Below are positions 9,211 through 18,353 of a stretch of DNA of 44,726 nucleotides, piece by piece. The DNA is taken from the NCBI GenBank assembly GCA_043718225.1, contig JAYSWD010000100.1, positions 1 to 44,726 on the forward strand. Direction: 5' to 3'. The DNA is from Candidatus Omnitrophota bacterium (GTDB taxonomy: Bacteria; Omnitrophota; Omnitrophia; Omnitrophales; Aquincolibacteriaceae). The notes below the pieces were generated by a model, which was not told the DNA's origin, made no database searches, and saw nothing but the letters and a program-made list of their open reading frames with translations. A program made the position numbers and the translations under genes. Numbering within the stretch: position 1 is the first letter of the stretch; each line of letters begins with the position of its first letter.

Positions 9211-9315
9211 CTGCTCAAACAGCGGATACTTCGTTCCGAACTCGCATTTCAAAAGAATTGATTGAACCCCCTCGCGTAAAGGGGAGGTGAGGCTTAAAAA
9301 GGAGAAACAGGGCTG
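9211..9315 (+). repeat. Intergenic repeated element, copy A (of 3)
   Basis: Aligns with 10625-10728 and 18040-18143. Shared core: gctcaaacagcgGATactTCGtTCcGAACTCGCa ... gGGGAGg.GagGCT ... gGAGAAACAgGG. An 11-bp inverted repeat GGTTCAATCAA/TTGATTGAACC (9190-9200 / 9258-9268) encloses the 5' half. Confidence 0.55.
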
Positions 9316-9476
9316 AGTTTGCGGGGTTGCTCGAAGATGCTTTCATTTTATCTACTTATTTTCTGCCTCGAATCGCATTGCTAGTTTCCTGTTATATGGT
9401 TTTCCGCGATTCCCCGTGAATCGCGGAAAGCCCTGATGATTTTTCTCCGTACCGTTTTCCGTTTCCTTCGACTACA

Positions 9477-9881
9477 ATGCTTCAACCTTTGGCTAAAGAA
9501 AGGGTAGGCATGGATAAAAAACGAAAGCACCAAATAACTACGTGGGTTATTAATCTCTTAACGGTCATTTCTGTTTTCGTGAGTTTCTATTATTTTAAAA
9601 TAGTGGGTTTATTTGCAGTACTTTTAATTAGTTGGACTGTAAGTATATTTGTTGATTTATTAATGGGATTTACGAGATTAAGTTTGGGTTTGCGCGGGCT
9701 TTGGGTGGGGGTGTGGGATATTTCAAGACAAGGTAACCCAAAAAGGTATTGGGCAGTTATGGTTTTCCAAATGTTTGCCCTTGTTGCAGTTGCTGCTATT
9801 GTCTTTAGCATAAACAAACTTTTGAAACCTTTCCTCCAAAAATGTCGATTTTTGATCAACGTTCAGCTGAATAAAGGATAA
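9477..9881 (+). CDS. Hypothetical small membrane protein (3-4 predicted TM helices)
   Basis: Hydrophobic stretches 'LLTVISVFVSFYYFKIVGLFAVLLISWTVSIFVDLL' and 'AVMVFQMFALVAVAAIVF'. No recognisable motif. The start is ambiguous, with an alternative ATG at 9507. Confidence 0.4.
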   Translation: MLQPLAKERVGMDKKRKHQITTWVINLLTVISVFVSFYYFKIVGLFAVLLISWTVSIFVDLLMGFTRLSLGLRGLWVGVWDISRQGNPKRYWAVMVFQMFALVAVAAIVFSINKLLKPFLQKCRFLINVQLNKG

Positions 9882-9884
9882 GCA

Positions 9885-10529
9885 ATGAATACAAAAATAA
9901 TTTTAACTATTATTTCAGGCTTTCTGGTTCTTGGGTTCTTGTCCGGCTGCGCGACGAGTTACGGCCGGCAAAATGATCCGGTGCGCGTTTATTTCAAAAC
10001 CAACGCGCCGCAAGCGACGGTCAATTGCGGAGGCGAGGCCACGGAATTGCCGGGCAATATTTCGCTTAGGCGTGGGTCGAATCACGATTGCTTGGCTCAA
10101 GCCCCCGGCTTTGAGAAGTTAAATTTCCGGGTTTGGTCCAAAATTTCAGGTGAAGGTTTCAAATATTCCACCAAAGTAAATTGGCAGAAGTGGAGTAAAT
10201 GGACATTGGGAATCGGCAATCTCGTTGCCTGGCCGATTGATTTCTTTTCAGGCTCTATGAAAACACTGGAAAATGACCGTTATGATTTAAGGATGCGCTC
10301 TTCCGGTTCGGTTTCGACAAAGGATAAGGTTTTAGATAAGACAGCGAACATCACTAAAAAAATAGTTTCTATTCCCGCGGACGTGGTGGAGGAAACAACC
10401 GGCGCGGTCATGAATGGTGTGATCAAAAAGCCCGCGGAAGCTTTGGGGCTTGCCTCCAGTGAGCAGCGCGAAGAGACCGAAAAAGTGCTTGAGGGCCAAG
10501 CAGCCGCCGAGCATTTATCGGGAAAATAA
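9885..10529 (+). CDS. Hypothetical lipoprotein
   Basis: Signal peptide plus lipobox 'FLVLGFLSGC|ATS'. The rest shows no recognisable family. Confidence 0.5.
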   Translation: MNTKIILTIISGFLVLGFLSGCATSYGRQNDPVRVYFKTNAPQATVNCGGEATELPGNISLRRGSNHDCLAQAPGFEKLNFRVWSKISGEGFKYSTKVNWQKWSKWTLGIGNLVAWPIDFFSGSMKTLENDRYDLRMRSSGSVSTKDKVLDKTANITKKIVSIPADVVEETTGAVMNGVIKKPAEALGLASSEQREETEKVLEGQAAAEHLSGK

Positions 10530-10624
10530 GCTGATAATTTTTCGAAGTACTTGCGTGGTGACTTTTACTTTGTGCTCGATTTAAATCGATCCTTGTGTTG
10601 AGCTCATAAAAAGAATGGGCCCCG

Positions 10625-10728
10625 GCTCAAACAACCAATGCTTCGCTTGGAACTCGCCGGTCCCCACTCTTTTTTTGAGCGATCTTCGCAGTGTGGGGGA
10701 GGAGGGTAGAAGCAGAGAAACAAGGCGG
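10625..10728 (+). repeat. Intergenic repeated element, copy B
   Basis: gGCTCAAACAaCcaATGCTTCGCTtGGAACTCGCc ... GGGGGAGGAGGGTAGAAGCAGAGAAACAAGG. It is enclosed by the 7-bp inverted repeat GCTCAAA/TTTGAGC. Confidence 0.55.
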
Positions 10729-11065
10729 TGAATGAAAAGCGATAGAGAGCCGCAACCCTAATCTTTCCTACAATAGCCTTCAAGGCCTTCACAGTAGTTT
10801 CCCCTTATATCTTGTTTTATCTCAGCCAAGCGGAGATAAAAAAATGAATCGATAAATTCCGATATTTTTATTTAAATCTTTTCTCCTGGTGCGGTTGCAT
10901 TTATGGTCGAAGACCACCGAACCAGGAGAAAAGAATATGATAGGAAGCTAGCTTGCTGAGGTTAAGGCTCGGTGTGGCAAATTTAATGAAGGGCGGCTTC
11001 GATTAATTTAGATTTCTCTACCGTGCTTCTCCTTTCAAAGCCTCTCCACCCCCTTTAGCGCGGAT

Positions 11066-11152
11066 GTCATTAGAAAAGGATCTGAAATGCGAGTTCCGCA
11101 GGAGCGAAGCGACGAGGACTGCCTGAGCAGTTCAGGGGCCTTTTCTAATGAC
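11066..11152. repeat. 87-bp element bounded by a perfect 14-bp inverted repeat (GTCATTAGAAAAGG / CCTTTTCTAATGAC)
   Basis: Read directly. The interior holds TCTGAAATGCGAGTTCC, the reverse complement of the GGAACTCGCATTTCA core of element copy A, and a further CTGAA/TTCAG pairing. It sits in the 720-bp non-coding gap upstream of the peptidase gene. Confidence 0.5.
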
Positions 11153-11250
11153 CGACTCATTGTATGTTTCTAGTATAATAGAAATTACAAATTAACTTCT
11201 TATAGCGCTTATTTTTTTAAAAGACTCGGCACCAAGTTTGAGAGACATTA

Positions 11251-13440
11251 ATGGCTTCGCCGTCTCGTTTTTTTGAAACCCTGGTTTTGATTATTGGAAT
11301 TACGGCGTTAGGCATCGCTGTATGGATCAACATGAATGGAAGACAAATGAATTTTTCTCTTGAGCATGTGTTAAATGAACAACCTCCCGTAGCTGAAAAA
11401 AAAGCGCATGCCGTGAAGGCGCATGGCGAAACGTGGGAAGATCCTTATTTTTGGCTGCGCGAAAAAGAAAATCCCGAAGTAATCGATTATCTTAAGGCCG
11501 AGAATACTTACGCGGAAAAAATTCTCAAACCCACCGAGGATTTTCAGAAAAAAATTTATGCCGAAATGCTCGGGCGCATTAAAGAGGATGATCTGAGCGT
11601 GCCGGTCTATAAAAAAGGTTTTTTTTATTATTCGCGCACTGAAAAGGGCAAGTCCTACGCAATTTATTGCCGGAAAGCCGCGCCTGAGGTGCGCAATAAA
11701 ACACAGCCGGCTTTGGACGTGCCGGAAGAAATTCTGCTGGATGTGAATCAACTTGCCGCCGGTTCGGATGATTTTGCGCTGGGTGTTTTCAGCATCAGCC
11801 CCGATCAGAAACTGCTCGCGTATTCGTGGGATAACACAGGTTCCGAAACTTACACGTTGCAGGTAAAAAATCTGGAAACAGGCGCCCTACTATCCGAAAA
11901 AATTTTAGCCACCGGAACCAGTCTGGTTTGGGCGAATGATAACCGGACCTTTTTTTATAGCACGCTCGACACCATGAAACGGCCTTACAGGCTGTTCCGG
12001 CATTTGCTGGGTGCGGATTCCGCAAAGGATGCTTTGATTTACGAAGAAAAAGACGAGCGTTTTTTTTTAGCGGCGAATAAGAGCAAAGACGAACGCTATT
12101 TATTGATCGAGCTTCACAGTAAAAATACTTCAGAGGAACTTTTTCTTAATGCGAATACGCCGCAGGGAAAATTTGAAATTCTGGCGCCGCGCGAAGAGGG
12201 AATTGAGTATTCCGCCGAACATCAGGACGGAAACTTTCTGATTCTGACAAATTGGCAGGCGGTTAACTTTCGGGTTATGGCCGTGCCCGTCGCCGGCCCC
12301 GGCCGCGCGAATTGGAAAGAATGGTATGCCCACCGGCCCGAAGTGAAACTAGACGGGCTGGATGTATTTAAAAATTACGCGGTTCTTTACGAGCGCTCAA
12401 ACGGCAACACTGATATCCGGATCATTGATCTGAAAAACCGGGATGAAAAGCGCGTTGATTTCGGCGAAACGGTTTATACTTCGGGCGGGGGATCGAATCC
12501 GGAATATGGTTCCGAAATTCTGAGGATTGGATTCGCGTCCCTGCTTACGCCCTCTACTGTCTACGACTACAACATGCGTACGCGCGACCGCGAAGTTAAA
12601 AAGCGGCAGGAAGTTTTGGGTGGCTATGACCCCGCGCAGTATGCCTCGGAACGTGTTTTTGCAACTTCGCATGACGGCGCAAAAATTCCGATTTCTTTGG
12701 TTTACAAAAAGGGACTGAAGCGCGACGGTTCTTCAAAAGCCTGGATTTACGGCTACGGTTCCTACGGCATCAGCATGGACCCCGTTTTTTCTTCAAACCG
12801 TTTAAGCTTGCTTGACCGCGGATTTGTTTTCGCGATCGCGCATATCCGCGGCGGCGGCGATATGGGGCGGCCGTGGTATGACGCCGGCAAACTTAAAAAC
12901 AAAATGAATACCTTTCTTGATTTTATCGCCTGCGCCGAATTTTTAATTCGTGAAAAATATACTTCCGCGGACCGGCTTGTCACATCCGGCGGCAGCGCGG
13001 GCGGTCTTTTGATGGGGGCGGCGGCGAATCTGCGGCCCGATCTTTTCAAAGCCATGATTTTGGACGTACCGTTTGTCGACGCGTTAAACACAATGCTCGA
13101 TGCGTCTTTGCCGTTGACTGTCACCGAATATGACGAATGGGGCAATCCGGAAGAAATGGAATCTTTTAAAACGATACGGGCTTACGCGCCTTATGAAAAT
13201 ATCAAAGCGCAGAATTATCCGAACATGCTTGTAACAGGCGGCTTGAATGATCCGCGCGTGCAATATTGGGAGCCGGCGAAATGGACTGCAAAATTACGCG
13301 CGACAAAAACGGATAAAAATCTGCTCTTAATGATTATTCATATGGGTTCGGGCCATGGCGGCCCGTCTGGACGTTACGCGTATCTCAAAGAGATTGCGCG
13401 TGATTATACTTTTATGTTCGCGATGACAGACGGCCTTTGA
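11251..13440 (+). CDS. S9 family serine peptidase (oligopeptidase B / prolyl oligopeptidase-like), N-terminal membrane anchor
   Basis: Catalytic-triad contexts 'GGSAGGLLMGAAAN' (Ser), 'GGLNDPRV' (Asp) and 'GSGHGGPS' (His). The beta-propeller N-half is about 400 aa. The N-terminus has the TM helix 'LVLIIGITALGIAVWI'. Confidence 0.8.
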   Translation: MASPSRFFETLVLIIGITALGIAVWINMNGRQMNFSLEHVLNEQPPVAEKKAHAVKAHGETWEDPYFWLREKENPEVIDYLKAENTYAEKILKPTEDFQKKIYAEMLGRIKEDDLSVPVYKKGFFYYSRTEKGKSYAIYCRKAAPEVRNKTQPALDVPEEILLDVNQLAAGSDDFALGVFSISPDQKLLAYSWDNTGSETYTLQVKNLETGALLSEKILATGTSLVWANDNRTFFYSTLDTMKRPYRLFRHLLGADSAKDALIYEEKDERFFLAANKSKDERYLLIELHSKNTSEELFLNANTPQGKFEILAPREEGIEYSAEHQDGNFLILTNWQAVNFRVMAVPVAGPGRANWKEWYAHRPEVKLDGLDVFKNYAVLYERSNGNTDIRIIDLKNRDEKRVDFGETVYTSGGGSNPEYGSEILRIGFASLLTPSTVYDYNMRTRDREVKKRQEVLGGYDPAQYASERVFATSHDGAKIPISLVYKKGLKRDGSSKAWIYGYGSYGISMDPVFSSNRLSLLDRGFVFAIAHIRGGGDMGRPWYDAGKLKNKMNTFLDFIACAEFLIREKYTSADRLVTSGGSAGGLLMGAAANLRPDLFKAMILDVPFVDALNTMLDASLPLTVTEYDEWGNPEEMESFKTIRAYAPYENIKAQNYPNMLVTGGLNDPRVQYWEPAKWTAKLRATKTDKNLLLMIIHMGSGHGGPSGRYAYLKEIARDYTFMFAMTDGL

Positions 13441-13564
13441 GATTCAGCTTGGCGCGGGCTAGTTTGCCGTGTTAAATTTGCCCTTCCGAGTTTCGTTTTT
13501 GCATGTGCCGAGCTCATGCAAAGCGAGTTTTCGGGTGAAGGAAAATAAATTTTCAAGGAAGTTT

Positions 13565-13849
13565 ATGGATTTTGACATTAATAAAGTAGCCAAATTGTCG
13601 CGTTTGAAGCTGGCGCCCGAAGAAGGGGCTAAGCTGGCGCAGAATTTAAGCGCGATCCTGGATTATGTGAAAAATCTTGAGAAACTGGACACAAAAAATG
13701 TCGAGCCAACGAGCCATGTCCTTAATCTTGAGAATGTTTACCGTCCCGACGAAGTCAAAAAATCTTTGGCGCGCGACAAAGTTTTAAAACACGCGCCCGC
13801 AAGTGACGGGTTTTTCTTCAAAGTTCCCAAAACCGTCACGAGAGAATAA
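13565..13849 (+). CDS. gatC: Asp/Glu-tRNA(Asn/Gln) amidotransferase subunit C
   Basis: 'MDFDINKVAKLSRLKLAPEEGAKLAQNLSAILDYVKNLEKLDTKNVEPTSHVLNLENVYRPDEV' is a canonical GatC of about 94 aa. The listed ORF from 13469 is an upstream extension, and the real start is the ATG at 13565. Confidence 0.8.
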   Translation: MDFDINKVAKLSRLKLAPEEGAKLAQNLSAILDYVKNLEKLDTKNVEPTSHVLNLENVYRPDEVKKSLARDKVLKHAPASDGFFFKVPKTVTRE

Positions 13850-13887
13850 TGACTGATACGACTGACGACCGACGACTAACGACTAAC
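13850..13887 (+). repeat. Tandem heptamer run (ACGACTG/ACGACCG/ACGACTA/ACGACTA) between gatC and gatA
   Basis: Read directly, immediately after the gatC stop codon. Confidence 0.6.
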
Positions 13888-13896
13888 ATCGAGTTG

Positions 13897-13943
13897 CCCA
13901 ACACTCCCGGTGTTGGGAGCAGTCTCCCATCACCGGGAGTGTT
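13897..13943 (+). promoter_or_regulatory. Perfect 13-bp stem-loop with nested inner hairpin between gatC and gatA
   Basis: AACACTCCCGGTG ... CACCGGGAGTGTT. The loop itself folds as TGGGAG-cagt-CTCCCA. GGTTTTTAC begins 6 nt downstream of the stem. Confidence 0.45.
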
Positions 13944-13970
13944 CCTCAGGTTTTTACGTAAGGCTTCGAT

Positions 13971-15404
13971 ATGACTTCTGCTTTACACAGTCTGACATTC
14001 AAGCAGGCAGTTGAGCATGCGAAAAAAAATGGTGCGGCAGATTTAATCAAAGCCGTTAAAGAACGTGCGCAGAAATTAAATCCCTCGCTCAATGCTTTTT
14101 TGCGTTTGGACCAAACTGTTTCTTCCAACGGGAACGCTTCGGGAGCGTTTGGCGGTGTTCCGGTCGCGGTTAAAGATAATATTTGCGTCGAGGGGCAGGA
14201 GGCGACCTGCGCGTCTAAAATCCTAAAAGGGCATGTCGCACCTTACGATGCGACCGTAATTCAAAAATTAAAAAATTCCGGCGCGTCGATTTTCGGAACC
14301 TGCAATATGGATGAATTCGCATTCGGTTCTTCCTGCGAAACTTCGGCTTTCGGCCCGGCCAAGAATCCCTGGGATATCTCGCGCGTGCCGGGCGGTTCCA
14401 GCGGCGGTTCCGCGGCAGCGGTCGCGGCGGATATGGCTTATGCGGCGCTTGGCAGCGACACGGGCGGTTCCATCCGTCAGCCGGCGGCATTATGCGGTCT
14501 CGTCGGCCTGAAGCCTACTTATGGGCGCATTTCACGCAGCGGATTAATCGCTTTCGGTTCGAGCTTCGATCAAATCGGGCCGATCACAAAAACCGTCGAA
14601 GATTCCGCGATGCTGCTCGGCGCTATGGCGGGGCATGACATGATGGATTCGACTTCGGCGAATGTTTTTGTGCCTGATTACGCCAAAAATTTAAATGCTT
14701 CGATCAAGGGGCTCAAAATCGGATTACCGAAAGAATTTTTCCCGCAAGACGGCGGCGGGATGGACAAGGATGTTGAAAAATCCGTGCGCGAAGCGGTGGA
14801 GCAGCTGAAAAGTCTCGGCGCGGAAATCCGCGAAATGACGCTGCCGCATGTGAAGTATTCGGTGGAAGTTTATTATATTGTCGCGGTCGCGGAAGCGAGT
14901 TCGAATCTTGGACGGTTTGACGGCGTGCGTTTCGGCGCGCGCGCGGCGGCGAAAGATTTGAACGAAGTTTATTTCGCGAGTCGCAGCGAAGGCTTCGGCC
15001 AGGAAGCGAAGCGCCGCATTCTGCTCGGCACATTCGTGCTTTCGGCGGGGTATTACGAAGCTTATTATCTGAAAGGCCAGAAAGTCCGCACACTGATTAG
15101 AAATGACTTTGATCAAGCATTTAGGGAAGTCGATGTGATTTTATCGCCGACTTCGCCGACGCCCGCATTTAAAATCGGCGAGAAGTCGAATGACCCGCTC
15201 GCGATGTATTTATCCGATATTTATACGATTCCAGCGAATTTGGCGGGAATTCCGGCGTTGTCAGTTCCTTGCGGTTTTACGGGCGCGGGACTTCCGATCG
15301 GTTTACAGCTGATGGGCCGCGCGTTTGAAGAAGAAACAATTTTGAGGGTGGCGCATCAGTATGAACAGAAAACACAGTTTTATAAGAAGAAACCAAGTTT
15401 ATGA
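13971..15404 (+). CDS. gatA: Glu-tRNA(Gln)/Asp-tRNA(Asn) amidotransferase subunit A (amidase)
   Basis: Amidase signature '[13 protein letters not shown]...[12 protein letters not shown]', 477 aa. Confidence 0.9.
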   Translation: MTSALHSLTFKQAVEHAKKNGAADLIKAVKERAQKLNPSLNAFLRLDQTVSSNGNASGAFGGVPVAVKDNICVEGQEATCASKILKGHVAPYDATVIQKLKNSGASIFGTCNMDEFAFGSSCETSAFGPAKNPWDISRVPGGSSGGSAAAVAADMAYAALGSDTGGSIRQPAALCGLVGLKPTYGRISRSGLIAFGSSFDQIGPITKTVEDSAMLLGAMAGHDMMDSTSANVFVPDYAKNLNASIKGLKIGLPKEFFPQDGGGMDKDVEKSVREAVEQLKSLGAEIREMTLPHVKYSVEVYYIVAVAEASSNLGRFDGVRFGARAAAKDLNEVYFASRSEGFGQEAKRRILLGTFVLSAGYYEAYYLKGQKVRTLIRNDFDQAFREVDVILSPTSPTPAFKIGEKSNDPLAMYLSDIYTIPANLAGIPALSVPCGFTGAGLPIGLQLMGRAFEEETILRVAHQYEQKTQFYKKKPSL

Positions 15405-15422
15405 ACAAAAATCAAAACTGTA

Positions 15423-15450
15423 GCGATCAGCGATCAGCGATCAGCGGACA
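15423..15450 (+). repeat. Tandem heptamer run (AGCGATC x3 + AGCGGAC) between gatA and gatB
   Basis: tagcgatcagcgatcagcgatcagcggacag, read directly. Confidence 0.6.
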
Positions 15451-15495
15451 GAATAATTCCCTGAACGCTGTACGCCGAACGCTGTGCGCTGTTTT

Positions 15496-16938
15496 ATGAA
15501 GTACGAACCCGTCATCGGACTTGAAGTCCACGTTCAGCTGGGCACAAATTCGAAGTTGTTCTGCGCCTGCGCGACAACGTTCGGCTCCGAGCCTAATGCC
15601 AACACCTGCCCGGTATGCCTCGGCATGCCGGGATCTTTACCAGTTTTAAATCAGCAGGCGCTGGAACTCGGGATGAAAGCGGGGCTTGCGCTCGATTGTG
15701 AAATCAACGCGCGGTTAAAATTTGACCGTAAAAATTATTTTTATCCCGACCTTCCGAAAGCGTATCAGATTTCGCAGTTTGATATGCCGATCAATAAGGG
15801 CGGGCATCTTTTAATTGAAACTAAGGGCGCCGACGGAAAATGGATTGAGAAAAAAATCGGCATTACGCGCGCGCATTTGGAAGAAGACGCCGGAAAACTT
15901 TTGCATGAAGGCATTGTGGACGGCACTTTAGTTGACTATAACCGCGGCGGCATTCCTTTGCTCGAAATTGTTTCAGAACCCGATATTCGTTCATCTGAGG
16001 AAGCTTATGCTTGTCTTTCCGCGTTGAAATCGGTTTTGCAATATGCGGGCGTCAGCGACTGTGACATGGAAATGGGCAAGCTGCGTTGCGATGCAAACGT
16101 TTCTGTGAGGCCCGTGGGCCAGGAAAAATTCGGCACGCGCACTGAAACCAAAAATCTGAATTCATTTCGCGCGGTACAAAAGGCGATTGATTATGAAATC
16201 GCGCGCCAGAGCCAAATCCTCGAAGACGGCGGCGTGGTCGAGCAGCAGACGCGTTTATGGAATGAAGCCAAGGGCGAGACCGCGTTGATGCGCTCCAAAG
16301 AAGACGCGCATGATTACCGTTATTTTCCGGAGCCGGATTTAGTGCCGTTTACGATCTCGCGCGATAAAGTCGAAACGATGCGAAAAACTTTGCCCGAACT
16401 TCCTCGCGCGCGCGCGAAGCGTTTTGTGGAAAAGTTGGGGTTGCCGCGCGCCGACGCGCATGTTTTGGTGGAGGACCAGCTTCTCGCCAAGTTTTTTGAA
16501 GCAACTATTGCCGAGGGGGCAAGCGCGAAACTCGCGAGCAATTGGCTGCTTAATGATTTGCTCGGAAGCTTAAACGAAAAAAAAATCAAGATTGAGAACT
16601 CACCGGTTTCGCCCAAATCGCTGGCGGGTTTAATTTCATTAATCGATAACAGCACAATAAATGGAAAAATCGCCAAAGACGTATTGCCTTTAATGCTTGC
16701 CGAAAATAAAACCGCGGATCAAATCGTAAAAGAAAAAGGCCTGGCGCAGGTTCAGGATACGGGGTTGCTTGAAGCCGCAGCGGACAAAATTATTGCCGCG
16801 AATCCGAAGTCAGTTGAAGATTTTAAGTCCGGTAAAAAACAGGCGCTTGGATTTTTGGTCGGACAAATCATGAAGGAAACCGGCGGCAAAGCCAATCCTA
16901 AAATGGTGAACGACCTTCTTGCAAAAAAACTTTCCTGA
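15496..16938 (+). CDS. gatB: Asp/Glu-tRNA amidotransferase subunit B
   Basis: 'KYEPVIGLEVHVQLGTNSKLFC', and 'NWLLNDLLG' in the C-terminal GatB/YqeY domain. The start is probably ATG 15496. The listed ORF begins at 15484. Confidence 0.9.
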   Translation: MKYEPVIGLEVHVQLGTNSKLFCACATTFGSEPNANTCPVCLGMPGSLPVLNQQALELGMKAGLALDCEINARLKFDRKNYFYPDLPKAYQISQFDMPINKGGHLLIETKGADGKWIEKKIGITRAHLEEDAGKLLHEGIVDGTLVDYNRGGIPLLEIVSEPDIRSSEEAYACLSALKSVLQYAGVSDCDMEMGKLRCDANVSVRPVGQEKFGTRTETKNLNSFRAVQKAIDYEIARQSQILEDGGVVEQQTRLWNEAKGETALMRSKEDAHDYRYFPEPDLVPFTISRDKVETMRKTLPELPRARAKRFVEKLGLPRADAHVLVEDQLLAKFFEATIAEGASAKLASNWLLNDLLGSLNEKKIKIENSPVSPKSLAGLISLIDNSTINGKIAKDVLPLMLAENKTADQIVKEKGLAQVQDTGLLEAAADKIIAANPKSVEDFKSGKKQALGFLVGQIMKETGGKANPKMVNDLLAKKLS

Positions 16939-16939
16939 T

Positions 16940-18004
16940 ATGGCTTCCGGCCCGCTTCTCGTTCTCGGTATCGAAACCTCCTGTGACGAGACCTCCGTTG
17001 CGGTATTGCGCGGCAAAGACGAAATACTCTCCAATGTTATTTCCTCCAGTCTTTTTCGCCACAAAGAGTGGGGTGGCGTTGTGCCGGAAATCGCATCGCG
17101 GCATTGCCTTGAGCAAATTGAAATAGTTTTTAATCAGGCGTTGAAAGAAGCAAATATCCGCGTTCAGGACTTAAATCTAATCGCCGTCACCGAAGGTCCG
17201 GGGCTTATCGGCTCGCTTTTCGTCGGTATGGGTTTTGGAAAATCGCTGAGTTACCGGTTGGGCATTCCGCTCGTTGCCGTCAATCATCTTGAAGCTCATT
17301 TTGCGGCGTGTTTTTTGCCCTCGGTTGGTGAGCAGTCCCAGAGAGGGCAAGATGTGATTAGCATTGGTAAGCCCGCGCCTGAAAAATATATCGGCCTGCT
17401 TGTTTCGGGCGGGCATACCTCGCTGACCTATTATGAAAAGGGAAAATATGAACTCTTGGGCGAAACCGAAGATGACGCCGTCGGCGAAGCCTATGACAAA
17501 GCCGCGAAAATTATCGGCCTTGATTATCCGGGTGGACCGCTGCTGGACAAACTCGCGGCGAAAGGCAATCCGCGCGCGATCATGTTCAAAAAACCCAAAC
17601 AGGAAAAGCCGCTTGATTTCAGTTTCAGCGGAATCAAAACAGCGGTCCTTTACGCGGTCAAAGATATGAAAACCGGATTGCGTAAAGCGGATGCGCCTTC
17701 CAATGAAGATTTGGCGGCCAGTTTTCAGTATTCGGTAGTGCGTTGGATTGTGGAAAAGGCTTTTGCCGCATGCGAGCTCAAAGGCGTGAAGCATTTGGTT
17801 GTCGGCGGCGGCGTCAGCGCGAATTCGCATTTGCGCGCGGAATTACTCAGGCACGCATCTGAAAAGGGGATTGAAGTTTCGATTCCGCCGCTTGGATTGA
17901 CCGGCGATAATGCTGCGATGATCGCGAGACGCGGCCTTGAGATTTTTGAGTCAGGCGGACAAGCTAATCTAAGTTTAACTGCTAAACCGAATCTTCGAAT
18001 TTAA
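16940..18004 (+). CDS. tsaD: tRNA N6-adenosine threonylcarbamoyltransferase (Kae1/Gcp family)
   Basis: 'LVLGIETSCDETSVAVL', 'GPGLIGSLFVGMGFGKSL', 'VVGGGVSANSHLR'. The start ATG at 16940 is 1 nt after the gatB stop. There is a roughly 20-aa insert 'GEQSQRGQDVISIGKPAPEKY'. Confidence 0.85.
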   Translation: MASGPLLVLGIETSCDETSVAVLRGKDEILSNVISSSLFRHKEWGGVVPEIASRHCLEQIEIVFNQALKEANIRVQDLNLIAVTEGPGLIGSLFVGMGFGKSLSYRLGIPLVAVNHLEAHFAACFLPSVGEQSQRGQDVISIGKPAPEKYIGLLVSGGHTSLTYYEKGKYELLGETEDDAVGEAYDKAAKIIGLDYPGGPLLDKLAAKGNPRAIMFKKPKQEKPLDFSFSGIKTAVLYAVKDMKTGLRKADAPSNEDLAASFQYSVVRWIVEKAFAACELKGVKHLVVGGGVSANSHLRAELLRHASEKGIEVSIPPLGLTGDNAAMIARRGLEIFESGGQANLSLTAKPNLRI

Positions 18005-18039
18005 ATTAATTGGATTGATCTTTAAAAAACATCCCGAAT

Positions 18040-18143
18040 TGCTCAGACAGCCGATGCTACGCTCGGAACTCGCAAGTCGGGATATTTTTTGAAGATTTTT
18101 TCGCAATGTTGGGGAGAGTAGGCTGAACATGGAGAAACAAAGT
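18040..18143 (+). repeat. Intergenic repeated element, copy C
   Basis: tGCTCAgACAGCcGATgCTaCGCTCGGAACTCGCAAG ... GGGGAGAGTAGGCTGAACATGGAGAAACAAAG. It is enclosed by a 13/14-bp stem AAAAAACATCCCGA / TCGGGATATTTTTT, which also looks like an intrinsic terminator for tsaD. Confidence 0.55.
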
Positions 18144-18190
18144 GCCCTGCCAAATTTCTCGAAAAGCAATCTTATCCGCGTCTCCATTTA

Positions 18191-18258
18191 GGTCTCCAGG
18201 ATTTCACTGAAGTTTCCGTTAATATCTTTTTCTTGCTCTGCTCGCCGAGCAAGAAAAA
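18191..18258 (+). repeat. Roughly 68-nt direct repeat, left copy, flanking the SPFH gene; contains a symmetric hairpin with A/T runs
   Basis: ggtctccaggatttcactgaagtttccgttaatatctttttcttgctctgctcgccgagcaagaaaaaa. The internal structure is TTTTTCTTGCTC-loop-GAGCAAGAAAAAA, which is bidirectional-terminator-like. It is about 85% identical to 19678-19746. Confidence 0.6.
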
Positions 18259-18353
18259 AGGATGAGGGGAAATTTATAATTATTTTAGCAGAATGAAATT
18301 GCTCACAGCTTTCATGCATGCTAAGCTTTCACCGAATTTTAAAAGGAGGCTTC

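Noticed and set aside
9212-18082. Interpreting the three element copies simply as intrinsic terminators
   Set aside because: Only copy C has the stem followed by a T-run. Copies A and B lack a 3' U-tract, so a terminator role does not explain the conservation of the downstream GGGGAGG...GGAGAAACAAGG blocks.
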